NCBI GenBank assembly: GCA_016188265.1
Contig: JACPID010000021.1
Location: 15,051 to 79,050 of the forward strand
DNA from: Candidatus Woesearchaeota archaeon
GTDB lineage: Archaea > Nanobdellota > Nanobdellia > Woesearchaeales > ARS49
DNA: 64,000 nucleotides
Direction of reading: 5' to 3'
Shown here: in pieces, positions 9,996-19,245 of the stretch
Layout of the letters: every line of letters starts with the position of its first letter
How positions within the stretch are numbered: the first letter of the stretch is position 1
Position numbers and translations under genes: made by a program
Notes under the pieces: model-generated
Seen by the model: the letters and a program-made list of their open reading frames with translations, nothing else
Database searches by the model: none
What the model was told of the DNA's origin: nothing

Positions 9996-10286
9996 TTAAA
10001 TCCCTCTTAAATGAATTGGATGAACTATGATTAGTTTTTCTACACTTCCATCTTTAATTAAAACTTCATAACAGCTTCCGCGTTTCTTTTTAACAACTCC
10101 TTGTTTTGCATGAAATCGCGGATGATACATACCTTCTTGAACAGCAGGCTCTGCTTGAAATAAAACATTATCTCCTTTTTTAAATTCTGCAAAGTAACGT
10201 GACAAAGATATTTTTCCTCTTTGGCGGACTCTTTTCTTTAATAAATTGCGAGTTTTTCTTCTAAAACCACCAACACGCTTAACCAT
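9996..10286 (-). CDS. rpl21e: ribosomal protein L21e
   Basis: MVKRVGGFRRKTRNLLKK...KKGDNV...VQEGMYHPRFHAKQGVV matches the L21e signature. Confidence 0.75.
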   Translation of the reverse strand: MVKRVGGFRRKTRNLLKKRVRQRGKISLSRYFAEFKKGDNVLFQAEPAVQEGMYHPRFHAKQGVVKKKRGSCYEVLIKDGSVEKLIIVHPIHLRGI

Positions 10287-10368
10287 AATACACAGTTAAT
10301 TGGTTTTATTTAAAAAGATTTCGTCAATTAGCGATACTTTTTTATAAACAAGATTTATAACAGGGCTA

Positions 10369-10551
10369 ATGCAAGATTTAGCAGCTTGGAAAAAACAGAT
10401 TATAAAAAAACTTCAGGCAAGTCCTGATGAGATTTCAAGCGGGCAAAGATGCCCTGAATGTTATAAAACCACATTAAAATATGATCCTGAAAGCGCTACA
10501 ATATCTTGTACATCGTGTGGTTTTAAAACAAAATTCAAAAAGGTGAACTAA
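10369..10551 (+). CDS. zinc-ribbon protein
   Basis: CPEC...CTSC four-Cys ribbon. Its stop abuts the start of the NYN gene. Confidence 0.35.
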   Translation: MQDLAAWKKQIIKKLQASPDEISSGQRCPECYKTTLKYDPESATISCTSCGFKTKFKKVN

Positions 10552-10552
10552 C

Positions 10553-11095
10553 ATGTTACAACAACCAAAAGGCCAGCGTGTCGGTGTTTTTGTTGATGTG
10601 CAGAATTTATATTATTCTGCAAGATTCAGATATGATGCAAGAGTTAATTTTAAGAGCATATTATCTGACGCTGTTAAAAATCGCGTACTTATTAGAGCAA
10701 TAGCATATGTTATAAGAACCGAAGAAGTTAAAAAAGAAATTTTTTTTGAGGCACTTTCTAATATTGGTTTTGAAATTAAAGCTAAAGATTTGCAAATATT
10801 TTATGGCGGAGCTAAAAAAGGCGATTGGGATGTTGGCATTGCAATGGACACTATTGAATTAGCGCCTAAACTTGATACTGTTGTTCTTATTTCAGGAGAT
10901 GGTGATTTTGTCCCATTAGTTGAGCACTTAAAACGCGCAATGGGTTGCAGAGTTGAAGTTATGGCTTTTGGAAAAAGTTCAAGTTCTAAATTAATAGAAG
11001 CTGCAGACTCTTTCACTGATTTAGATCAAAATTTAAATAAGTTTTTAATGAAGCGCATCACCAGAACAAAAGTTAAGGATGATAATAATGGTTGA
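10553..11095 (+). CDS. NYN/LabA-like domain nuclease
   Basis: VGVFVDVQNLYYSAR...VLISGDGDFVPLVEHLK is the NYN (limkain-b1 type) signature. Confidence 0.65.
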   Translation: MLQQPKGQRVGVFVDVQNLYYSARFRYDARVNFKSILSDAVKNRVLIRAIAYVIRTEEVKKEIFFEALSNIGFEIKAKDLQIFYGGAKKGDWDVGIAMDTIELAPKLDTVVLISGDGDFVPLVEHLKRAMGCRVEVMAFGKSSSSKLIEAADSFTDLDQNLNKFLMKRITRTKVKDDNNG

Positions 11096-11405
11096 ACAAG
11101 TCACAAGTGCAGATTTTGAGCAAAAAGTATTAAAAAACAAGCTGCCAGTTATTGTTGATTTTTCAGCAGAGTGGTGTTCACCATGCCGTATGCTTGGCCC
11201 TATTTTTGAAAAAGTAAGCGAGTTTTTTAAAGGAAAGGTTGTTTTTCTTAAATTAAATGTTGATAAAAATTCAGATGTTGCCCAAAAGTACAATGTTATG
11301 GGCATTCCTTGCATGATCTTATTTAATAATGGCAAAGAAGTTGATCGTTTTGTTGGTGCAATGAGTGAAGATGTGCTGAAGCAAAAAATAAAGGCTTTAC
11401 TCTAA
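11079..11405 (+). CDS. trxA: thioredoxin
   Basis: WCSPC active site, 108 aa. Confidence 0.8.
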   Translation: MIIMVEQVTSADFEQKVLKNKLPVIVDFSAEWCSPCRMLGPIFEKVSEFFKGKVVFLKLNVDKNSDVAQKYNVMGIPCMILFNNGKEVDRFVGAMSEDVLKQKIKALL

Positions 11406-12172
11406 AAATGCAGTAATCTTGTTATTCCTAACATAACAAGCAAGCCTAAAATAAATATTAATACATGCCACATATTTCTTGTTAAACTAAATTCGTCATG
11501 CAGTTCAGGCAAAAGATCTGCTAAGGCTAGGTAAATAAAATTTCCTGCTGCTATAGGCAAAAGCATTTGCGTAAGACCTGTTATGTTTGTTGTAAAAAAG
11601 AATGTCAATACTGCACCCATCATAGCGGTAAGCGCTGAATAAAAATTATACAAAACTGCTTTTTTTCTAGTGAATCCTCCATAAACTAGAACTCCAAAAT
11701 CACCTATTTCTTGAGGAATTTCATGAAAAACAACTGCTAATGAAGTTATTAATCCTAACTTAAAATCTGCTAGAAACCCTACTGCAATAATCATTCCATC
11801 AATAAAGTTATGTATTCCATCACCCATAAGATTAAGGTATGCAAATGGCTTTATTCTCCTAATCTCTTTTTTATGCGTATGCCTATGATGGTAATGATGA
11901 AAATGAAGCAAGTAGCATAATCTTTCAATCAAAAAGAAAAGAACCACCCCAAAAACAACTAAATTAAGAATAGTTTCATTTGAAAAATAAGAGGTTTCAA
12001 GAGCTTCTGGAAGTATATCAAAAAAAACTGCGCCAATTAATGCTCCTGCTGCAAAACTAACTAAAAAAGGAATTAATTTTTTAAGAAATCTCATTTTAAA
12101 AAAAAGTGTTAAAATTCCGATAAAAGAAATTAAGCTTACAAGAAAAACTGACCCTATAATCCATAATAGCAT
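11402..12172 (-). CDS. ZIP-family metal cation transporter (ZupT-like)
   Basis: Multi-TM protein with a His-rich loop (HFHHYHHRHTH) and HEIPQEIGDF. Confidence 0.7.
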   Translation of the reverse strand: MLLWIIGSVFLVSLISFIGILTLFFKMRFLKKLIPFLVSFAAGALIGAVFFDILPEALETSYFSNETILNLVVFGVVLFFLIERLCYLLHFHHYHHRHTHKKEIRRIKPFAYLNLMGDGIHNFIDGMIIAVGFLADFKLGLITSLAVVFHEIPQEIGDFGVLVYGGFTRKKAVLYNFYSALTAMMGAVLTFFFTTNITGLTQMLLPIAAGNFIYLALADLLPELHDEFSLTRNMWHVLIFILGLLVMLGITRLLHF

Positions 12173-12239
12173 TTATGCACCTCTTAAATAGGTATTGTGA
12201 TAGTTGGTTTTATATACTTTTCTGGCATAAAATACTGTT

Positions 12240-12884
12240 ATGCATCTTGTAATAAATTTTAAAACATATAAAGAAGCTTCAGGAGAAAAAGCAATTAATC
12301 TGGCAAAAAAATTAGAAAATATAAAAAGCAAGCACACAATAATACTTTGTCCTCAACAAATAGATATTGCATTATTAGCTAAAAATACTACTTTGCCTAT
12401 ATTTGTTCAGCATGCTGATTTTGTTGAGAAAGGACAAACCACTGGCTGGATTCCAACAGAATCAGTTAAAAAAGCAGGCGCTCAAGGAACATTACTCAAC
12501 CATAGCGAGCACAAACTTTCTTTTAATCAATTAAAAAAAACAGTTGAAATAGCAAGATCTTTTAGATTAAAAATTATTATTTGCGCAGCAACACCAGATG
12601 AAGCAAAAAATATTGCGTTACTAAAGCCTGATTTTATTGCAATTGAACCTCCTGAACTAATTGGAGGAAATATTTCTGTAAGCACTGCAAAACCAGAATT
12701 AATTACTGACACACTTAAACAAGTAAAAAATATTCCAGTTTTATGCGGTGCAGGCATTAAAAAAAAATCAGATGTTGCAAAAGCAGTTAAACTTGGAGTT
12801 CAAGGGGTTCTTGTTGCCAGCAGTGTTGTTCTTGCCAAAAATCCTAAAAATGTTGCTGAAGAATTATTGAAAGGTTTTAAATGA
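12240..12884 (+). CDS. tpiA: triosephosphate isomerase (archaeal short type)
   Basis: INFKTY, NHSEH and IAIEPPELIGG motifs. The ~214-aa length is typical of archaeal TIM. Confidence 0.7.
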   Translation: MHLVINFKTYKEASGEKAINLAKKLENIKSKHTIILCPQQIDIALLAKNTTLPIFVQHADFVEKGQTTGWIPTESVKKAGAQGTLLNHSEHKLSFNQLKKTVEIARSFRLKIIICAATPDEAKNIALLKPDFIAIEPPELIGGNISVSTAKPELITDTLKQVKNIPVLCGAGIKKKSDVAKAVKLGVQGVLVASSVVLAKNPKNVAEELLKGFK

Positions 12885-13357
12885 AACACGAAGCATTATT
12901 CTCAATAATTGTTGTACTTTCATTTTTCGGAATAATTCTCACAAGCTATTTATTATATGTTCATTACAGTAAATCAAGCACTACATTATGTTTGACAGCA
13001 ACTGCTGAAGAAAACTCTTGCGATATTGTAAATAAAGGTCCTTTCTCTGAAATTGAAGGAATTCCTATTGCAGGAATAGGGCTTATAGGTTATATTGCTT
13101 TTTTCTTAATTGGCTTAAATGTATTATTTCAAAATAAGTTACAAAATACTTGGCTTGATGCTCATGCAAAAAAAGCAAGTAATTATGTTTTATTAATGTC
13201 TTTATTTGCTTTTGGATTTACATTGTACCTAAATTATTTACAAATATTTGTGATTGAATATATTTGTTTTTGGTGCGAAGTCTCTGCTACAATTATAGTA
13301 TTACTCATTGTTACTTCAATAATGATAAAAAAAAATGCAGTGCATGAACATTGTTAA
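12881..13357 (+). CDS. vitamin K epoxide reductase (VKOR) family protein
   Basis: Four or five TM segments, a loop Cys pair (C...C at LCLTATAEENSCD) and CFWC in the last TM segment. Confidence 0.6.
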   Translation: MKHEALFSIIVVLSFFGIILTSYLLYVHYSKSSTTLCLTATAEENSCDIVNKGPFSEIEGIPIAGIGLIGYIAFFLIGLNVLFQNKLQNTWLDAHAKKASNYVLLMSLFAFGFTLYLNYLQIFVIEYICFWCEVSATIIVLLIVTSIMIKKNAVHEHC

Positions 13358-13423
13358 ACATAAAATTTATAAATATATTCACAATTTTTAATTCAAACAC
13401 AAAAAATCGGGGGTGTTTATTAA

Positions 13424-14170
13424 ATGAGCAATGAAGATTCAAAAGATTCAATAACTATTTCAAAAACAACCTTATGGCAACTTCTTGCAGGTGTTTTTGC
13501 ATTATTATTTGTTGGAGCAATTCTAACAGATGGTTTTAAATTTGGAGATAAAGATACTGGAAAAGCAGTTGTACAACCAAGCCCTCCAACTCCAACACAA
13601 CAACCAAATAGTCCTGAACCGCAACCTTCAGCACCAATAAAAGTAAATGAAGAAGGCGCTGCAGGCGTAAAAGGCAATTCTAATGCGCCAGTATTGATTG
13701 TAGAATATTCTGACTATCAATGTCCTTTTTGCGGAAGATTCTTTGATCAAACATTACCTTCAATACTAAAAGAATACGTTGATACAGGTAAAGTAAGATT
13801 AGCATACAAAGACCTTCCATTATCATTTCACCCAAATGCAGATGATGCAGCTCTTGCTGCTCGTTGTGCTGCTGATCAAGGAAAGTTCTGGGAAATGCAC
13901 GATAAATTATTTGAAACACAAGATCTATGGTCTGGTCTTCCAGATGCAACATCAACACTTGTTCAGTATGCAAAAGATCTAAGTCTTGATGCTGGCAAGT
14001 TTGAGACTTGTTTGAAAAATAAAGAACACTGGTCTGAAATTCAAGCTAACATGCAAGAAGCAGAAGACATTGGCGCAACTGGAACACCTAGCTTTGTCAT
14101 AAACGGGCAACTTGTTGTTGGCGCACAGCCTTACAGTGTATTCAAACAAGTTATTGATAGTGAATTGTAA
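13424..14170 (+). CDS. DsbA-like thiol:disulfide oxidoreductase with TM anchor and Pro-rich linker
   Basis: CPFC active site (YSDYQCPFCGRFF), an N-terminal TM segment and a PSPPTPTQQP linker. Confidence 0.7.
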   Translation: MSNEDSKDSITISKTTLWQLLAGVFALLFVGAILTDGFKFGDKDTGKAVVQPSPPTPTQQPNSPEPQPSAPIKVNEEGAAGVKGNSNAPVLIVEYSDYQCPFCGRFFDQTLPSILKEYVDTGKVRLAYKDLPLSFHPNADDAALAARCAADQGKFWEMHDKLFETQDLWSGLPDATSTLVQYAKDLSLDAGKFETCLKNKEHWSEIQANMQEAEDIGATGTPSFVINGQLVVGAQPYSVFKQVIDSEL

Positions 14171-14176
14171 AGATAA

Positions 14177-14569
14177 ATGAAATCCAAAACCTTTTTGGTT
14201 ATTGGAATTTTTTTTCTTCTTTTTTTTGGCTGGTATGTTTACATAAAATTTACTCCAGGCAAGTATGATGATTTTGCTCACTGTTTAGAATCTCAAGGTG
14301 CCTTATTTTATGGCGCTTGGTGGTGCCCCCACTGCAAAGAGCAAAAAACTATGTTTGGAAAATCAGCTAAATACCTTCCATATATTGAGTGCACTGTTGG
14401 AGGCACAAGGCAACAAAGTGAAGTTTGTGATAAAGAAAATATAAGAGCGTTTCCTACATGGATTTTTGCTGATGGTGAAAAAAAAGAAGGAGTTTTAAGT
14501 TTAACTTATTTATCTCAAAAAACCAATTGTGATATTCAAACTGGAAAAGTTTTTGCTACAGTTAAATAA
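14177..14569 (+). CDS. membrane-anchored thioredoxin-like protein (CPHC)
   Basis: N-terminal TM segment followed by GAWWCPHCKEQK. It resembles the Trx domain fused to VKOR in other lineages. Confidence 0.55.
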   Translation: MKSKTFLVIGIFFLLFFGWYVYIKFTPGKYDDFAHCLESQGALFYGAWWCPHCKEQKTMFGKSAKYLPYIECTVGGTRQQSEVCDKENIRAFPTWIFADGEKKEGVLSLTYLSQKTNCDIQTGKVFATVK

Positions 14570-15137
14570 TTTCAACAGTTATTTGTTTAAGTTCATTATT
14601 ATAGAATTTGTTTCTATTGCTTATTTGGCAATTGATATTTTCAGGAGTGTTTTCATCAAAAATACATACATTAAAAACATAAATTCCAGAATCTGCAGTT
14701 CCTACTTGCAATAATATTGGAACACTAGCATACTCTCTTTTTTTAATTGGCAATAACCTGCTTCTAATACTTGTTCCTAACCAAGATTGTATTTCTTCTT
14801 TATCAACAGGCAACATTTCTTTTCCATCAAGTGTTGTTGCACTGTTAAAATCAACTTGAACACCATATCTTGAATCTGTTCCTTTAACATTTCTAATGCC
14901 AACCCAAAATTCTAGTTTTTCACCTTCTGAAGCTTGTTGGTTTGCAAGAGGAAGAGCTATAACTGCATTTTCTTGCTTCATTAATCTGTCAATTTGGTCT
15001 AATGATTGTCTTGCAATATCTTTTGGCGCTTGGGTAAAAACAGAATATAAAAGATACATAGAGTAAGTAAATACAACAAGTGAAATTATGATTAATACAA
15101 GTGTTCCTATGGCAATTTCTATTCCTTTTTTATTCAT
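14562..15137 (-). CDS. archaeal type IV pilin-like protein (class III signal peptide)
   Basis: The N-terminus MNKKG|IEIAIGTLVLIIISLVVF has a KK[GA] prepilin-peptidase-like site followed by a hydrophobic stretch. Confidence 0.45.
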   Translation of the reverse strand: MNKKGIEIAIGTLVLIIISLVVFTYSMYLLYSVFTQAPKDIARQSLDQIDRLMKQENAVIALPLANQQASEGEKLEFWVGIRNVKGTDSRYGVQVDFNSATTLDGKEMLPVDKEEIQSWLGTSIRSRLLPIKKREYASVPILLQVGTADSGIYVFNVCIFDENTPENINCQISNRNKFYNNELKQITVEII

Positions 15138-16495
15138 TCTGTATTTACAATAATTAATTTTTGTAAGCTTTTTTTGTATTCGCCTGCTTGTTTTTTTCCT
15201 TTTTTAGTTACTGAATAAAATACTTGAAGTGTTAATGTTTTTTCTTCTTCAGGAATTGTTGGCTTAGGAAGCTGTAATTCAACTGTTTTTTTCTCATTTA
15301 TTGATTTTAAAAGTAATTTTGGCTCTGCTATTGCAAGTTGTTGATTTTGTTCTAAAACAAGAATTTTATCAACACTTATTTGGCTTATTTCATCATCTTT
15401 TTCAAATAGCGTAAAATCAACAGATAACTTATCAGCAAAAGCATTGAAAGGATTATTGTAATTGTATATATTATGAAGCCTAAAACCAGTTCTTTTATTA
15501 TCATCAAACAAACTTATTTTTTCAACATTTACATCTGATCTTATTTCTCCAACACAACTATTTTGAACACATGTGAATTGAACAAATTCTAAGGTTTTTT
15601 CACAAGGCCCGCAATCTTTTGGCGATGAGCAAGAATTTTCTCCTGATTCACAAATAAAATTTCCAACTGAATCAGGCATAGGCTTAAACTCACATCTGCT
15701 AGTCAATGTATTGCAACTTGAATCATATCCTTTTTTAGCAGGGCAAGGTTTTGGACATGCATACTCAACTTCTGGTTTTAGCAATACTAGTTTTAATTCT
15801 TTTAGTTTAAATACTAAATTATTTTGTTTTAAATCACCTTTGCTTGTTTTATAAGTATAATCTATTAGTAAGCGCAAATCACTTACTTCAATTTGTCTTG
15901 ATTCAGATGAAATAATAAGCTCTTCTTCTATTGCAAAATCACTTCCAGAACTCCACAATGGCTTGTTAACATAGATTTCACTTAAGACTATTTCTTGTTT
16001 ATCTTTTTTGGCTGTTAAACGCATTCTTTGAATTTTTCTATCTAGGACATCTTTTGCAACTTCATCTAATAATAATTCTACATTTAAAGAATCTCTTTTA
16101 AGATTAAAAGGATTATTAAGTTTAAAATTTGCTCTGAATAAGTCCTTGCCAATTTTTTCTGTAAGTGTCATTGCCTGGGTTTTTTGTTCAGTTTTACTAA
16201 CATCGACCACGCATTTTTGTTGGTAACAGGTTTTTTCAAAATATTTTCCTACACTTCCTTGGCAAGTGCTTTGCGGGCAATCTTCAGGACATGAGCAGAT
16301 ATTTTCATTTGCTTCACACCAGTCATTGCCACAACCAAGAATTTTTGGTTCATAAGCACAACTTCCTTCATAACAAAATGCATCAAAACCTTCTCTTGGT
16401 TCACATTGTGCTGCTGTTTTGCACTCAGCACAAGAAGTAAGGATAAACAAAATACTAATAACTACTAGCAATAATATCCATATGTATTTCACCAT
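15134..16495 (-). CDS. large secreted Cys-rich protein
   Basis: Signal peptide plus Cys-rich N- and mid-domains (CAECKTAAQCEP...). It is co-operonic with the pilin-like genes. Confidence 0.4.
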   Translation of the reverse strand: MVKYIWILLLVVISILFILTSCAECKTAAQCEPREGFDAFCYEGSCAYEPKILGCGNDWCEANENICSCPEDCPQSTCQGSVGKYFEKTCYQQKCVVDVSKTEQKTQAMTLTEKIGKDLFRANFKLNNPFNLKRDSLNVELLLDEVAKDVLDRKIQRMRLTAKKDKQEIVLSEIYVNKPLWSSGSDFAIEEELIISSESRQIEVSDLRLLIDYTYKTSKGDLKQNNLVFKLKELKLVLLKPEVEYACPKPCPAKKGYDSSCNTLTSRCEFKPMPDSVGNFICESGENSCSSPKDCGPCEKTLEFVQFTCVQNSCVGEIRSDVNVEKISLFDDNKRTGFRLHNIYNYNNPFNAFADKLSVDFTLFEKDDEISQISVDKILVLEQNQQLAIAEPKLLLKSINEKKTVELQLPKPTIPEEEKTLTLQVFYSVTKKGKKQAGEYKKSLQKLIIVNTE

Positions 16496-16533
16496 CTTTT
16501 AAATAATGTTAAAAGTAGAGAAGTATAAAAAAC

Positions 16534-16755
16534 TTACCTCATTGCTTCAAATTCTTTTACAATAATCCAAGTGAATAATAGCATAAATAATATTCCTCCT
16601 CCAACAAGAACAGCTCCTTCGATAAATGCACCTTTTAGTACACGCCATAATCCAAAAACAGCAAGCCCTACTGCAAGCCATAAGAATTTGTCAAGAACTA
16701 ATTTCATAAGCTCAAATTCTTCATGTTCGCTGAGTCTTCTTTTGATTTTTTTCAT
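16534..16755 (-). CDS. small membrane protein; alternative upstream start at 16812
   Basis: Two TM helices. The 5' end (MKKIKRRLSEHEEF) lies inside a 43-bp tandem duplication, so the start is ambiguous. Confidence 0.3.
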   Translation of the reverse strand: MKKIKRRLSEHEEFELMKLVLDKFLWLAVGLAVFGLWRVLKGAFIEGAVLVGGGILFMLLFTWIIVKEFEAMR

Positions 16756-16895
16756 TAGTTTACTTTTGTATTGTGTTATTTTGTCGTGAGACTGAATGAA
16801 ATGAAGTCTCACATGAATGCTTTCTACCAGATCTTTCGCAAAGATCTGCGCGGAGTCTTCTTTTGATTTTTTTCATTAGTTTACTTTTATATTGT
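16733..16895. repeat. Tandem duplication of a gene 5' end (two ~43-bp direct repeats) enclosing two palindromes
   Basis: gagtcttcttttgatttttttcattagtttactttt(g/a)tattgt occurs at 16733..16777 and again at 16853..16895. Between the copies lie GTGAGACT..AGTCTCAC and CAGATCTTTcgcAAAGATCTG. Confidence 0.6.
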
Positions 16896-16897
16896 TT

Positions 16898-17542
16898 TTA
16901 TCCTGTTATTTCAACTGTAAATGATCTGGTCTTCCAAGAATCTTCAGTAAATGATGCGCCATCACAATCTGCATTATTTTCTGCTTTATAAACCCTTAAT
17001 TCCATTTCATAAAGTCCTGTTTGAGCTTTTTCAACACTCATAGTTGCTTCAGAAACCTTTTTCTGCCCTTTTCTTATAGATTGTGTTGGCAATAATTGTG
17101 AATACCAGTTTTCTGCTGGCAAATCTCCTTCTGAAGATAGCCCGCCTACCAATGCATTTGTTTCTTCATCTTCAGTACATCGCCCATTAGGATCATAAGA
17201 ACGTACGCAGTAAATTGCTAATCTATAACAAACAGGCGCTGTTGGATCATCTTCATTAGTTGCAGTGTTTTTAATTCCTAAAGCAAACCATTTTGGAGAA
17301 CCTACACTTATTCCTTTAATGCTTCTAACTTCTCCGCCTTCTTGGCCTCTGAAATTTAAGAGTTCTCCGCTTTTTTCTATTTCATCAAGCACACGTTCTC
17401 TTTGCTGTTGTGCAATATCTGGAATTTGTATTCCAGTAAAATATTTGTAAACAAAGCCAAGAATTAACCCTAGAATAGTAATAGCAATAATAAGTACAAC
17501 TACTCCTGTAATAGACAGCTCAATTGCTGCTTTTTTATTCAT
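16898..17542 (-). CDS. archaeal type IV pilin-like protein (class III signal peptide)
   Basis: N-terminus MNKKA|AIELSITGVVVLIIAITILG; paralogous in architecture to 14562..15137. Confidence 0.45.
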   Translation of the reverse strand: MNKKAAIELSITGVVVLIIAITILGLILGFVYKYFTGIQIPDIAQQQRERVLDEIEKSGELLNFRGQEGGEVRSIKGISVGSPKWFALGIKNTATNEDDPTAPVCYRLAIYCVRSYDPNGRCTEDEETNALVGGLSSEGDLPAENWYSQLLPTQSIRKGQKKVSEATMSVEKAQTGLYEMELRVYKAENNADCDGASFTEDSWKTRSFTVEITG

Positions 17543-17622
17543 CTTTACCTCTTTTTATTATATGAACGTGTTTAAGAAATTGATGTTTATAAACTTTTGG
17601 TCTTGAATCAGTCAATATTAAT

Positions 17623-17955
17623 TTAGGTTCTTTTCAGTAATTCTGTAATGCTACTGAGTATTTTGTCATGGAATCTATCTGTGATTTTACATAGTTTTTT
17701 CTTTATTATCTTTTCATGAATAGTAAATAACCTGTGAGGTTTTATCCAACTTTCAAAAGGTAAATCACCTTGTTCAAAAGAACTATTATTTATTATAATG
17801 CCATCATGATGGTTATTACTAGTTATCAAACAACATATTCTATCTTGAGTTTTATTGATGGCATTGTTTGAAATGATTAAAGCAGGTCTTTGTTTAGCAC
17901 CGCTGAGATCTGAGTATGGAAAAGGAATAAGCACAATGTCTTTCTGTTCAAACAT
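17623..17955 (-). CDS. MazF/PemK-family toxin (mRNA interferase)
   Basis: MFEQKDIVLIPFPYSDLSGAKQRPALIIS is the MazF/PemK signature. The start is taken at the internal Met, which overlaps the antitoxin by 8 nt. Confidence 0.6.
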   Translation of the reverse strand: MFEQKDIVLIPFPYSDLSGAKQRPALIISNNAINKTQDRICCLITSNNHHDGIIINNSSFEQGDLPFESWIKPHRLFTIHEKIIKKKLCKITDRFHDKILSSITELLKRT

Positions 17956-18178
17956 AATTCCACCTTTCATCTGCTTTATTATCCCAGTCTTTTTTAAGCA
18001 CTTCTTCAGAAGCAAGCATGGTAAGTATTGACTCTTGATCAGGTCGCTTCTCAAGAGATTCTAGTTCATCAAGTCTTTTTTTAATACTTTTACGTATAAA
18101 TTCACTCCATTTTATTTCAGAATGTTTACGCATTCCATTATATACTGAATCTTTTATAGACAATGTTACATTTGTCAT
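17948..18178 (-). CDS. antitoxin-like small protein, paralogous to 23524..23745
   Basis: MTNVTLSIKDSVYNGMRKHSEIKWSEFIRKSI aligns with [32 protein letters not shown] from the other locus. It lies upstream of and overlaps mazF. Confidence 0.45.
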   Translation of the reverse strand: MTNVTLSIKDSVYNGMRKHSEIKWSEFIRKSIKKRLDELESLEKRPDQESILTMLASEEVLKKDWDNKADERWNYV

Positions 18179-18240
18179 AATATGATATAAGTGAGCTCAC
18201 TTATTTAAATGTTTTGTGGTGTGCACTAGTTTAGGGATTT

Positions 18241-18330
18241 GAAAAAGACAAAAGTAGCACATAAAATAGTTTGTCTTTTTCAATCTAGTTGAGGCTAAAT
18301 TATAATGCTTTATTTATGTCCTCAACTAGA
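18241..18330 (+). repeat. Modular intergenic repeat R1, copy A (hairpin1 + hairpin2, short form)
   Basis: GAAAAAGACAAA-17nt-TTTGTCTTTTTC is a 12-bp perfect stem, followed by TAGTTGAGG-25nt-CCTCAACTA. The same modules occur at 27136..27316 (reverse complement) and 49521..49658. Confidence 0.7.
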
Positions 18331-18354
18331 TAACAGAAAATTCTAATTTGAATG

Positions 18355-19245
18355 TTATTCTCCTAAAAAGACCTGCGAAGGATCTACATTCTGCCAATAA
18401 AGTTGAGGTGTTTCATTAGCCCAAGGAAGTATGCAATCAGTTTCAATATTTTCATCATCCTTTTTTGCTGCATAGTCAAAAGCTTCTTCAAGAGAAATTT
18501 TTCCATCACAATTATTGTCTGCACTTACCTGTTGATTATTCTTATCCACACCAGTCAAAGCTGCAAAAAAATGGCTACTAAAAAAACTGCCAATTTCTTT
18601 GCTAGCACATTGAAAACTAACTTTATCAGCTCTTGAAGAAGAAACACCTATAAAATTTCCAGAACCAACAGATTCAGCTAAGCCTCCTGAATAACATGTT
18701 GTAAATATGCAAACACCATAATTCAAGTTAAGATCTTTAAACATTTCTTTTAATTTATTTTCATAGACTATTCCGTCGCTTAATTTAAAACAGCTCTCAC
18801 CAAAAGGCAATGGTGAATAAGCCTTACTGCCGTGATTTGTTACATAAAAAAAGAAGACATCTTTATCAGTCATATTTTGTTTGAGTTCATCTAAAACATC
18901 AACTAAATTTTTTTTAGTTGCTGGCTTATCAACAAAACTTCTTTCACCTTCATTCTTCTTATCAATATCATCGTCTAAAACATAGATATTGCTAGGAGTA
19001 AATCCTAATCTTAACAAAGAGTCATATGCAGATTTCAATTCAGTAAAAAATTGTGATTCACTGCCAGCATTAACTAAAATAGAATATTTTTTTCCTAGTT
19101 TTTGTTCAACTTTTTTAACTGCAGGAGCAGTTTGTTTTTTATTAGAAACAGCAGTAGTGCAATCGCAAGCATTAAAACAAAACAGTCCACTTATAAATAT
19201 CGCAGAATAAAATAGTGCGTTAATAGTTTTATCTGTATTCTTCAT
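18355..19245 (-). CDS. lipoprotein, caspase-like Cys protease fold (C13/legumain-like)
   Basis: Lipobox (FNAC) and a His-Cys dyad context (YVTNHGS ... FTTCYSGG). Confidence 0.45.
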   Translation of the reverse strand: MKNTDKTINALFYSAIFISGLFCFNACDCTTAVSNKKQTAPAVKKVEQKLGKKYSILVNAGSESQFFTELKSAYDSLLRLGFTPSNIYVLDDDIDKKNEGERSFVDKPATKKNLVDVLDELKQNMTDKDVFFFYVTNHGSKAYSPLPFGESCFKLSDGIVYENKLKEMFKDLNLNYGVCIFTTCYSGGLAESVGSGNFIGVSSSRADKVSFQCASKEIGSFFSSHFFAALTGVDKNNQQVSADNNCDGKISLEEAFDYAAKKDDENIETDCILPWANETPQLYWQNVDPSQVFLGE

